DNA of 64,000 nucleotides from Escherichia coli (GTDB lineage Bacteria; Pseudomonadota; Gammaproteobacteria; Enterobacterales; Enterobacteriaceae): NCBI RefSeq assembly GCF_050320075.1, contig NZ_CP190018.1; one strand, 5' to 3'. Shown piece by piece: positions 55,116 to 64,000 of this stretch (position 1 is its first letter; each line of letters starts with the position of its first letter). The notes under the pieces were generated by a model. It saw only the letters and a program-made list of their open reading frames with translations, ran no database searches and was not told where the DNA came from. The position numbers and the translations under genes were made by a program.

Positions 55116-55521
55116 AAATCATACTGCCTGTGGATGTGGTGTTGTAACGTTAAATTTTTGTGCCAATCCCTGGGGATGATACAGCGGTATATTTAAACAA
55201 TTTTAGCGGGAAATACTCCCAACCAGGCGCGGCGAAGAATAGTTTTTCGATTTACCGCGTGAATGCAGTCAGTATGACAGCACCTGAAGCGCAATTTAAA
55301 CGCTTATAACGTTTTAAAGCAAGAAGGGATCTAAAAACCAGAGGTATATAGCGATAAGAAATCACCAAACAGTATAAAACACTATTTCCGTGAAAAAGAC
55401 ATGGCTAATCATGCGAACAAAAAATCACCAACCGTTGTAAAATCTAACGCCCGTATTTTGACTGCAAAGAAAATAAGCCAGCATCGGCTGGCTTATGGCA
55501 ATTAAAGATGACAAAGGCGGA

Positions 55522-56817
55522 TTAATCGCTGTTTTTGGCAATTAAACGTTCCGGGATAACAAAACTGAAACGTGTTCCTTTTCCTACTGTACTCTCAATA
55601 TTCAGGCGACTTTCGTGATGATTCACCGCATGTTTCACGATCGCTAACCCTAATCCGCTACCGCCGGTTTGCCGGGAACGCGCTTTATCAACGCGATAAA
55701 AACGCTCGGTCAGGCGCGGAATATGCTCCGGTGCAATGCCCGGTCCGTTATCTTCAACGCTAAATTCGGCACCGTGCGGCACTCGCTGCCAGCGTACGGT
55801 GATATGCGTGCCTTCCGGCGTATGATTTACGGCGTTATAGACCAGGTTCGAAATCGCACTGCGTAGCTGATCTTCGTTGCCAGACACCTTGAGGCCGTTA
55901 TCTATCTCAAAGGTAAATGTCTGTTTTTTCTGACTCAGAGTCTGAGCCTCGCGCTCAACAACGCGCAGCATCATTGGCACATCAACCTTTTCATTGAGCA
56001 AATGCGTCGGTGCGGCTTCTATTTTCGACAGCGTCAGCAATTGCTTCACCAGCCCTTCCATCCGCTGGGTCTGCTCGCGCATGGTGTGCAACGCTTTTTC
56101 ACGTACCGCGCCTTCCAGCGGTTGCTCATCCATCATCTCCAGGTAACCCTGTAACACAGTCAATGGCGTACGTAACTCATGGCTCACGTTGGCAAAAAAG
56201 TTACGCCGCGCCCCTTCCAGTTGATGCATTTGCGTGACATCACGCGCCACCATCAGCAACTGTTTGTGGGTATAAGGCATGACGCGAATTTCCAGATGCC
56301 GCCCGGTGTTGAGCACCAGATTAAGCGGGCGAGAAAAATCACGCGTTTTCAGATATTGCGTAAACTCCGGGTAACGCAGCAAGTTAAGGATGTTCTGCCC
56401 GTTATCTTCCGGCCAGCGCAAGCCAAGAATCTGTTGCGCCAGACCGTTGCACCAGAAAATACCGCCCTCTTCCGTGGTCAGCACCACCGCGTCGGGCAGC
56501 GACTCCGCGCCGCTACGAAAGCGTTTAATCAGATTGCCCAGTTCGCGGCGGCGTTTTTTATTTCGCAACTGCATCTGGTGTAATCCGTATAGCAGCGGTT
56601 CCCAGCTACCACGTCCCGGTGGCGGGGTCATACTACGATCCACCCACAGCCACCATGAAAGGCGCAATAAATTCCAGAAATGCCAGATAAGCAGTCCTGT
56701 TACCGATGCCAGCAAAAACCAGGGCAGGTAACCAAAAAATGCACCCAGGATGAAAGCCGGGAGGCAGCAAAGTAGCAGCTCCAGCACCAGCCTTTTCCAC
56801 GACAGCCGTTCCAGCAC
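55522..56817 (-). CDS. phoR: Phosphate regulon sensor histidine kinase PhoR
   Basis: 431-aa ORF; H-box HELRTPL; N/G-box ATP-binding motifs. Confidence 0.95.
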   Translation of the reverse strand: MLERLSWKRLVLELLLCCLPAFILGAFFGYLPWFLLASVTGLLIWHFWNLLRLSWWLWVDRSMTPPPGRGSWEPLLYGLHQMQLRNKKRRRELGNLIKRFRSGAESLPDAVVLTTEEGGIFWCNGLAQQILGLRWPEDNGQNILNLLRYPEFTQYLKTRDFSRPLNLVLNTGRHLEIRVMPYTHKQLLMVARDVTQMHQLEGARRNFFANVSHELRTPLTVLQGYLEMMDEQPLEGAVREKALHTMREQTQRMEGLVKQLLTLSKIEAAPTHLLNEKVDVPMMLRVVEREAQTLSQKKQTFTFEIDNGLKVSGNEDQLRSAISNLVYNAVNHTPEGTHITVRWQRVPHGAEFSVEDNGPGIAPEHIPRLTERFYRVDKARSRQTGGSGLGLAIVKHAVNHHESRLNIESTVGKGTRFSFVIPERLIAKNSD

Positions 56818-56874
56818 GTAAGATACTCCAGTTAAGAAATCATAAGCCCTGCTCTGCGTCCGATGAGCAAGGCG

Positions 56875-57564
56875 TTAAAAGCGGGTTGAAAAACGATATC
56901 CTGTACCGCGCACGGTCTGCACCATGCGGTCATGCCCGCCGGGCTCCAGTGCTTTACGCAGGCGACGAATGTGGACATCGACCGTACGATCTTCCACATA
57001 CACGTTGGTTCCCCAGACGTGGTTTAACAGCTGCTCGCGGCTGTACACGCGCTCAGGATGCGTCATAAAAAAGTGCAGCAGTTTAAATTCTGTCGGCCCC
57101 ATCTCCAGTGGCTCTTCGCCCGCCATCACCCGGTGAGATGTCGGGTCGAGGCTTAGCCCCTGCATCTCGATCACCTCTTCCACCGCCATTGGCGAAATAC
57201 GGCGCATTACCGCTTTGATTCGCGCCACCAGCTCCTTCGGCGAAAACGGCTTGGTGATATAGTCATCCGCGCCGGTTTCAAGGCCGCGCACGCGATCTTC
57301 TTCTTCCCCTCTGGCGGTCAACATCACCACTGGAATATCCCGGGTCATCGACTCGCGCTTGAGGTGTTTGATGAACTGGATACCGGAGCCGCCAGGTAAC
57401 ATCCAGTCAAGGAGAATTAAATCCGGCCAGGGTTCATTCAGTTGATTCACAGCACTGTCATAATCTTCCGCTTCGACCGGCTGAAAGCCATTTTGTTCGA
57501 GCACGAAGCAGACCATTTCGCGAATTGGTGCTTCATCTTCTACGACCAGAATACGTCTCGCCAT
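56875..57564 (-). CDS. phoB: Phosphate regulon response regulator PhoB
   Basis: 229-aa [42 protein letters not shown]. Confidence 0.95.
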
Positions 57565-57618
57565 GATTTGCCCTGTTGTAATAAATAGGTTGCGATCATT
57601 AATGCGACGTCATTATGC

Positions 57619-57645
57619 GTCAGATTTATGACAGATTTATGAAAA
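57619..57645 (-). promoter_or_regulatory. Pho box (PhoB binding site) of the phoBR promoter
   Basis: Minus strand reads TTTTCATAAATCTGTCATAAATCTGAC, two direct repeats of the CTGTCAT-type Pho box, 55-80 nt upstream of the phoB start. Confidence 0.8.
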
Positions 57646-57753
57646 GCTCGTCGCACATATCTTCAGGTTATTGATTTCCGTGGCGCAGAAAAAAGCAAAT
57701 GGCACATCTGTTTGGGTATAATCGCGCCCATGCTTTTTCGCCAGGGAACCGTT

Positions 57754-58956
57754 ATGCGCATCCTTCACACCTCAGACTGGCATCTCGGCCAGAACTTCTA
57801 CAGTAAAAGCCGCGAAGCTGAACATCAGGCTTTTCTTGACTGGCTGCTGGAGACAGCACAAACCCATCAGGTGGATGCGATTATTGTTGCCGGTGATGTT
57901 TTCGATACCGGCTCGCCCCCCAGTTACGCCCGCACGTTATACAACCGTTTTGTTGTCAATTTACAGCAAACTGGCTGTCATCTGGTGGTACTGGCAGGAA
58001 ACCATGACTCGGTCGCCACGCTGAATGAATCGCGCGATATCATGGCGTTCCTCAATACGACCGTGGTCGCCAGCGCCGGACATGCGCCGCAAATCTTGCC
58101 TCGTCGCGACGGGACGCCAGGGGCAGTGCTGTGCCCCATTCCGTTTTTACGCCCACGTGACATTATTACCAGCCAGGCGGGGCTTAACGGTATTGAAAAA
58201 CAGCAGCATTTGCTGGCGGCTATTACTGATTATTATCAACAACACTATGCCGATGCCTGCAAACTGCGCGGCGCTCAGCCTCTGCCCATCATCGCCACGG
58301 GACATTTAACAACTGTGGGTGCCAGTAAAAGTGATGCCGTGCGTGACATCTATATTGGCACGCTGGACGCGTTTCCGGCACAAAACTTTCCGCCAGCCGA
58401 CTACATCGCGCTTGGGCATATTCACCGCGCGCAGATTATTGGCGGCATGGAACATGTTCGCTATTGCGGCTCCCCCATTCCACTGAGTTTTGATGAATGC
58501 GGTAAGAGTAAATATGTCCATCTGGTGACATTTTCAAACGGCAAATTAGAGAGCGTGGAAAACCTGAACGTACCGGTAACGCAACCCATGGCGGTGCTGA
58601 AAGGCGATCTGGCGTCGATTACTGAACAGCTGGAACAGTGGCGCGATGTATCACAGGAGCCACCGGTCTGGCTGGATATCGAAATCACTACTGATGAGTA
58701 TCTGCATGATATTCAGCGCAAAATCCAGGCATTAACCGAATCATTGCCTGTCGAAGTATTGCTGGTACGCCGGAGTCGTGAACAGCGCGAGCGAGTGTTA
58801 GCCAGCCAACAGCGTGAAACCCTCAGCGAACTCAGCGTCGAAGAGGTGTTCAATCGCCGTCTGGCACTGGAAGAACTGGATGAATCGCAGCAGCAACGTC
58901 TGCAGCATCTTTTCACCACGACGTTGCATACCCTCGCCGGAGAACACGAAGCATGA
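57754..58956 (+). CDS. sbcD: SbcCD nuclease subunit D (Mre11-like)
   Basis: Start at [31 protein letters not shown] inside ORF 57712-58956; 400 aa. Confidence 0.93.
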   Translation: MRILHTSDWHLGQNFYSKSREAEHQAFLDWLLETAQTHQVDAIIVAGDVFDTGSPPSYARTLYNRFVVNLQQTGCHLVVLAGNHDSVATLNESRDIMAFLNTTVVASAGHAPQILPRRDGTPGAVLCPIPFLRPRDIITSQAGLNGIEKQQHLLAAITDYYQQHYADACKLRGAQPLPIIATGHLTTVGASKSDAVRDIYIGTLDAFPAQNFPPADYIALGHIHRAQIIGGMEHVRYCGSPIPLSFDECGKSKYVHLVTFSNGKLESVENLNVPVTQPMAVLKGDLASITEQLEQWRDVSQEPPVWLDIEITTDEYLHDIQRKIQALTESLPVEVLLVRRSREQRERVLASQQRETLSELSVEEVFNRRLALEELDESQQQRLQHLFTTTLHTLAGEHEA

Positions 58957-61900
58957 AAATTCTCAGCCTGCGCCTGAAAAACCTGAACTCATTAAAAGGC
59001 GAATGGAAGATTGATTTCACCCGCGAGCCGTTCGCCAGCAACGGGCTGTTTGCCATTACCGGCCCAACCGGTGCGGGGAAAACCACCCTGCTGGACGCCA
59101 TTTGTCTGGCGCTGTATCACGAAACTCCGCGCCTTTCTAACGTTTCACAATCGCAAAATGATCTCATGACCCGCGATACCGCCGAATGTCTGGCGGAGGT
59201 GGAGTTTGAAGTGAAAGGTGAAGCGTATCGCGCGTTCTGGAGCCAGAATCGGGCGCGTAACCAGCCGGACGGTAATTTGCAGGTGCCACGCGTAGAGCTG
59301 GCGCGCTGCGCCGATGGCAAAATTCTCGCCGACAAAGTGAAAGATAAGCTGGAACTGACGGCGACGTTAACCGGACTGGATTACGGGCGCTTCACCCGTT
59401 CGATGCTGCTTTCGCAGGGGCAATTTGCTGCCTTCCTGAATGCCAAACCCAAAGAACGCGCGGAATTGCTCGAGGAGTTAACTGGCACTGAAATCTACGG
59501 GCAAATCTCGGCGATGGTTTTTGAGCAGCACAAATCAGCCCGCACAGAGCTGGAGAAGCTGCAAGCGCAGGCCAGCGGCGTCGCGTTGCTCACGCCAGAA
59601 CAAGTGCAATCGCTGACAGCGAGTTTGCAGGTACTTACTGACGAAGAAAAACAGTTACTTACCGCGCAGCAGCAAGAACAACAATCACTAAACTGGTTAA
59701 CGCGTCTGGACGAATTGCAGCAAGAAGCCAGCCGCCGTCAACAGGCCTTGCAACAGGCGTTAGCCGTAGAAGAAAAAGCGCAACCTCAACTGGCGGCGCT
59801 CAGTCTGGCACAACCGGCACGAAATCTTCGTCCGCACTGGGAACGCATCGCAGAACACAGCGCGGCGCTGGCGCATACTCGCCAGCAGATTGAAGAAGTA
59901 AATACTCGCTTACAGAGCACAATGGCGCTTCGCGCGAGCATTCGCCACCACGCGGCGAAGCAGTCAGCAGAATTACAGCAGCAGCAACAAAGTCTGAATG
60001 CCTGGTTACAGGAACACGACCGCTTCCGTCAGTGGAACAACGAACTGGCGGGTTGGCGTGCGCAGTTCTCCCAACAAACCAGCGATCGCGAGCATCTGCG
60101 GCAATGGCAGCAACAGTTAACCCATGCAGAGCAAAAACTTAATGCGCTTGCGGCGATCACGTTGACGTTAACCGCCGATGAAGTTGCTAGCGCCCTGGCG
60201 CAACATGCTGAGCAACGCCCACTGCGTCAGCGCCTGGTCGCGCTGCATGGACAGATTGTTCCCCAACAAAAACGCCTGGCGCAATTACAGGTCGCTATCC
60301 AGAATGTCACGCAAGAACAGACGCAACGTAACGCCGCACTTAACGAAATGCGCCAGCGTTATAAAGAAAAGACGCAGCAACTTGCCGATGTGAAAACCAT
60401 TTGCGAGCAGGAAGCGCGCATCAAAACGCTGGAAGCTCAACGTGCACAGTTACAGGCGGGTCAGCCTTGTCCACTTTGTGGTTCCACCAGCCACCCGGCG
60501 GTCGAGGCGTATCAGGCGCTGGAGCCTGGCGTTAATCAGTCTCGATTACTGGCGCTGGAAAACGAAGTTAAAAAGCTCGGTGAAGAAGGTGCGACGCTAC
60601 GTGGGCAACTGGACGCCTTAACAAAGCAACTTCAGCGTGATGAAAACGAAGCGCAAAGCCTCCGACAAGATGAGCAAGCACTTACTCAACAATGGCAAGC
60701 CGTCACGGCCAGCCTCAATATCACCTTGCAGCCACAGGACGATATTCAACCGTGGCTGGATGCACAAGATGAGCACGAACGCCAGCTGCGGTTACTCAGC
60801 CAACGGCATGAATTACAAGGGCAGATTGCCGCGCATAATCAGCAAATTATCCATTATCAACAGCAAATTGAACAACGCCAGCAGCAGCTCTTAACGGCAT
60901 TGGCGGGTTATGCACTGACATTGCCACAGGAAGATGAAGAAGAGAGCTGGTTGGCGACGCGTCAGCAAGAAGCGCAGAGCTGGCAGCAACGCCAGAACGA
61001 ATTAACCGCGCTGCAAAACCGTATGCAGCAACTGACGCCGATTCTGGAAACGTTGCCGCAAAGTGATGAACTCCCGCACAGCGAAGAAACTGTAGCGCTG
61101 GAAAACTGGCGGCAAGTTCACGAACAATGCCTCGCGTTGCAAAGCCAGCAGCAAACGTTGCAGCAACAGGAGGCTCTGGCAGCGCAAAGTCTGCAAAAAG
61201 CCCAGGCGCAGTTTGACACCGCGCTACAGGACAGCATTTTTGACGATCAGCAGGCATTTCTTGCGGCGTTAATGGATGAGCAGACGCTAACGCAGCTGGA
61301 ACAGCTGAAACAGAATCTGGAAAACCAGCGCCGTCAGGCGCAAACGCTGGTCACTCAGACAGCTGAAACGCTGGCACAGCATCAGCAACACCGACCTGAC
61401 GGGTTGGCTCTCACTGTGACGGTGGAGCAGATTCAGCAAGAGTTAGCGCAAACTCAGCAAAAGTTGCGTGAAAACACCACCAGTCAGGGCGAGATTCGCC
61501 AGCAGCTGAAGCAGGATGCAGACAACCGTCAGCAACAACAAACCTTAATGCAGCAAATTGCTCAAATGACGCAGCAGGTTGAGGACTGGGGATATCTGAA
61601 TTCGCTAATAGGTTCCAAAGAGGGCGATAAATTCCGCAAGTTTGCCCAGGGGCTGACGCTGGATAATTTAGTCCATCTCGCTAATCAGCAACTTACCCGG
61701 CTGCACGGGCGCTATCTGTTACAGCGCAAAGCCAGCGAGGCGCTGGAAGTCGAGGTTGTTGATACCTGGCAGGCAGATGCGGTACGCGACACCCGTACCC
61801 TTTCTGGCGGCGAAAGTTTCCTCGTCAGTCTGGCGCTGGCACTGGCGCTTTCAGATCTGGTCAGCCATAAAACGCGTATTGACTCGCTGTTCCTTGATGA

Positions 61901-62096
61901 AGGTTTTGGCACGCTGGATAGCGAAACGCTGGATACCGCCCTTGATGCGCTGGATGCCCTGAACGCCAGCGGCAAAACCATCGGTGTGATTAGCCACGTA
62001 GAAGCGATGAAAGAGCGTATTCCGGTGCAGATCAAAGTGAAAAAGATCAACGGCCTGGGCTACAGCAAACTGGAAAGTATGTTTGCAGTGAAATAA
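58953..62096 (+). CDS. sbcC: SbcCD nuclease subunit C (Rad50-like ATPase)
   Basis: 1047-aa ORF; Walker [10 protein letters not shown]; long Q-rich coiled coil; CPLCGS zinc hook; overlaps the sbcD stop. Confidence 0.95.
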   Translation: MKILSLRLKNLNSLKGEWKIDFTREPFASNGLFAITGPTGAGKTTLLDAICLALYHETPRLSNVSQSQNDLMTRDTAECLAEVEFEVKGEAYRAFWSQNRARNQPDGNLQVPRVELARCADGKILADKVKDKLELTATLTGLDYGRFTRSMLLSQGQFAAFLNAKPKERAELLEELTGTEIYGQISAMVFEQHKSARTELEKLQAQASGVALLTPEQVQSLTASLQVLTDEEKQLLTAQQQEQQSLNWLTRLDELQQEASRRQQALQQALAVEEKAQPQLAALSLAQPARNLRPHWERIAEHSAALAHTRQQIEEVNTRLQSTMALRASIRHHAAKQSAELQQQQQSLNAWLQEHDRFRQWNNELAGWRAQFSQQTSDREHLRQWQQQLTHAEQKLNALAAITLTLTADEVASALAQHAEQRPLRQRLVALHGQIVPQQKRLAQLQVAIQNVTQEQTQRNAALNEMRQRYKEKTQQLADVKTICEQEARIKTLEAQRAQLQAGQPCPLCGSTSHPAVEAYQALEPGVNQSRLLALENEVKKLGEEGATLRGQLDALTKQLQRDENEAQSLRQDEQALTQQWQAVTASLNITLQPQDDIQPWLDAQDEHERQLRLLSQRHELQGQIAAHNQQIIHYQQQIEQRQQQLLTALAGYALTLPQEDEEESWLATRQQEAQSWQQRQNELTALQNRMQQLTPILETLPQSDELPHSEETVALENWRQVHEQCLALQSQQQTLQQQEALAAQSLQKAQAQFDTALQDSIFDDQQAFLAALMDEQTLTQLEQLKQNLENQRRQAQTLVTQTAETLAQHQQHRPDGLALTVTVEQIQQELAQTQQKLRENTTSQGEIRQQLKQDADNRQQQQTLMQQIAQMTQQVEDWGYLNSLIGSKEGDKFRKFAQGLTLDNLVHLANQQLTRLHGRYLLQRKASEALEVEVVDTWQADAVRDTRTLSGGESFLVSLALALALSDLVSHKTRIDSLFLDEGFGTLDSETLDTALDALDALNASGKTIGVISHVEAMKERIPVQIKVKKINGLGYSKLESMFAVK

Positions 62097-62221
62097 CTAT
62101 TCAGCAGGATAATGAATACAGAGGGGCGAATTATCTCTTGGCCTTGCTGGTCGTTATCCTGCAAGCTATCACTTTATTGGCTACGGTGATTGGTAGCCGT
62201 TCTGGTGGTTGTGATGGTGGT

Positions 62222-63406
62222 ATGAAAAAAGTCATTTTATCTTTGGCTCTGGGCACGTTTGGTTTGGGGATGGCCGAATTTGGCATTATGGGCGTGCTCA
62301 CGGAGCTGGCGCATAACGTAGGAATTTCGATTCCTGCTGCCGGGCATATGATCTCGTATTATGCGCTGGGGGTGGTGGTCGGTGCGCCAATCATCGCACT
62401 CTTTTCCAGCCGCTACTCACTCAAACATATCTTATTGTTTCTGGTGGCGTTGTGCGTCATTGGCAACGCCATGTTCACGCTCTCTTCGTCTTACCTGATG
62501 CTCGCCATTGGTCGACTGGTATCCGGCTTTCCGCATGGCGCATTTTTTGGCGTCGGCGCGATCGTGTTATCAAAAATTATCAAACCCGGCAAAGTCACCG
62601 CCGCCGTGGCGGGGATGGTTTCCGGGATGACAGTCGCCAATTTGCTGGGCATTCCGCTGGGAACGTATTTAAGTCAGGAATTTAGCTGGCGTTACACCTT
62701 TTTATTGATCGCTGTTTTTAATATTGCGGTGATGGCATCGGTCTATTTTTGGGTGCCGGATATTCGCGACGAGGCGAAAGGGAAGCTACGCGAACAATTT
62801 CACTTTTTGCGCAGCCCGGCCCCGTGGTTAATTTTCGCCGCCACCATGTTTGGCAACGCAGGTGTATTTGCCTGGTTCAGCTACGTAAAGCCATACATGA
62901 TGTTTATTTCCGGTTTTTCGGAAACGGCGATGACTTTTATTATGATGTTAGTTGGGCTAGGGATGGTGCTGGGGAATGTGCTAAGTGGCCGGATTTCAGG
63001 ACGTTATTCACCACTGCGCATTGCGGCAGTAACTGACTTTATTATTGTGCTGGCACTGCTGATGCTCTTTTTCTTCGGCGGCATGAAAACAACGTCGCTT
63101 ATTTTTGCATTTATTTGTTGCGCGGGATTATTTGCCCTTTCAGCACCACTGCAAATATTGTTACTGCAAAATGCCAAAGGCGGAGAGTTATTAGGTGCCG
63201 CAGGTGGGCAAATAGCGTTTAACCTCGGTAGCGCCGTCGGCGCATATTGCGGTGGTATGATGCTGACGCTGGGGCTGGCATATAATTACGTGGCGCTACC
63301 TGCCGCCCTGCTTTCGTTTGCTGCGATGTCGTCGTTGCTGCTGTATGGTCGCTATAAGCGCCAGCAAGCGGCGGATAGTCCGGTGCTGGCGAAACCAGTG
63401 GGGTAG
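62222..63406 (+). CDS. araJ: MFS transporter AraJ
   Basis: Start at MKKVILSLALGTFGLGMAEFGIMGVLTELAH inside ORF 62138-63406; 394 aa. Confidence 0.9.
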   Translation: MKKVILSLALGTFGLGMAEFGIMGVLTELAHNVGISIPAAGHMISYYALGVVVGAPIIALFSSRYSLKHILLFLVALCVIGNAMFTLSSSYLMLAIGRLVSGFPHGAFFGVGAIVLSKIIKPGKVTAAVAGMVSGMTVANLLGIPLGTYLSQEFSWRYTFLLIAVFNIAVMASVYFWVPDIRDEAKGKLREQFHFLRSPAPWLIFAATMFGNAGVFAWFSYVKPYMMFISGFSETAMTFIMMLVGLGMVLGNVLSGRISGRYSPLRIAAVTDFIIVLALLMLFFFGGMKTTSLIFAFICCAGLFALSAPLQILLLQNAKGGELLGAAGGQIAFNLGSAVGAYCGGMMLTLGLAYNYVALPAALLSFAAMSSLLLYGRYKRQQAADSPVLAKPVG

Positions 63407-63434
63407 ATTGCAGTCACGGAGCACGTTGCTTATT

Positions 63435-63523
63435 GCCGGATGCGGCGTGAACGCCTTATCCGCCCTACGCGGTTCTGGCACATTTTGCAGGCCTGATAAG
63501 ACGCGGCAAGCGTCGCATCAGGC
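63435..63523. repeat. REP / BIME cluster
   Basis: gccggatgcggcgtgaacgccttatccgcc and ggcctgataagacgcggcaagcgtcgcatcaggc match the REP consensus. Confidence 0.8.
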
Positions 63524-63548
63524 ATGATGAGCCAATTGCCTGGTTTTT

Positions 63549-64000
63549 TTACTCTTGTGGCCATAACCATGCAGCGCCGCGTACGCCGCTGGAATCACCG
63601 TGCTTCGCCTTACGCACCGGCGTTTCACATTCGCCGCCGAAGACAAATTGTTTAATCAACTGCGGAACCGTTTGATATAAACGGTCTACATTGCTCATCC
63701 CGCCCCCCAGGACAATCACATCCGGATCGAGAATATTCACGACATGTGCCAGCGATTTTGCCAGCCGCAGCTCGTAGCGACGCAATGCCAGTTCCGCTAC
63801 CGGATCGCTTTCTTCAACCAGGCGGATAATTTCACTGCCTTTCAGCGCATGTCCGCTCAAACGATGATAATCCGTCGCGAATCCCGTGCCCGAAATAAAG
63901 GTTTCAATACAACCTTGTTTACCGCAATAACAAGGGACTTCCTCGCGATAACGCAGTTCGTCTTCGTCCATCCACGGTAGCGGATTGTGTCCCCACTCAC
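63549..64000 (-). CDS. mak: Fructokinase / manno(fructo)kinase Mak (ROK family), 3' part; gene continues past window end
   Basis: C-terminal ROK-family sequence with [15 protein letters not shown] zinc motif; the listed ORF start at 63971 is only an internal Met. Confidence 0.85.
   Translation of the reverse strand, partial: EWGHNPLPWMDEDELRYREEVPCYCGKQGCIETFISGTGFATDYHRLSGHALKGSEIIRLVEESDPVAELALRRYELRLAKSLAHVVNILDPDVIVLGGGMSNVDRLYQTVPQLIKQFVFGGECETPVRKAKHGDSSGVRGAAWLWPQE

Overview
This window is an Escherichia coli-type chromosomal segment, colinear with the K-12 cof–mak region in reverse orientation. It carries about 50 conserved core genes: cof, ybaE, queC, fadM, ybaV, ppiD, hupB, lon, clpX, clpP, tig, bolA, yajG, ampG, cyoABCDE, yajR, yajQ, panE, yajL, thiI, xseB-ispA-dxs-yajO, pgpA-thiL-nusB-ribH-ribD-nrdR, yajI, tsx, yajD, secF-secD-yajC-tgt-queA, acpH, malZ, proY, brnQ, phoR-phoB, sbcD-sbcC, araJ and the 3' part of mak. 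No tRNA, rRNA, CRISPR array or prophage was seen. Against this backbone there are five accessory features. (1) An AT-rich islet between yajO and pgpA encodes a 523-aa protein with an N-terminal WEK(I/M)xxFF-like motif (WNKIRDFF) and pentapeptide repeats, i.e. a type III secretion effector-like architecture (PipB2/EspY3-like). (2) A second AT-rich single-gene islet between acpH and malZ encodes a 485-aa orphan protein with a Lys/Glu-rich in-frame repeat. (3) An IS200/IS605-family element of about 1.75 kb splits yajI; it has an apparently intact TnpB (RuvC D-E-D residues plus a zinc finger), a tnpA inactivated by an in-frame TAA, and matching subterminal hairpins. (4) Two IS200 copies lie in direct orientation about 53 kb apart, each immediately downstream of a host terminator; one is cut by the window start and the other sits between brnQ and proY. 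(5) Recognisable regulatory sites include the Pho box upstream of phoB, a sigma32-type promoter for lon, REP/BIME clusters and several intrinsic terminators. All identifications rest on reading the translated ORFs and nucleotide motifs; no database search was run, and coordinates of hairpins and element ends are approximate to a few nt.
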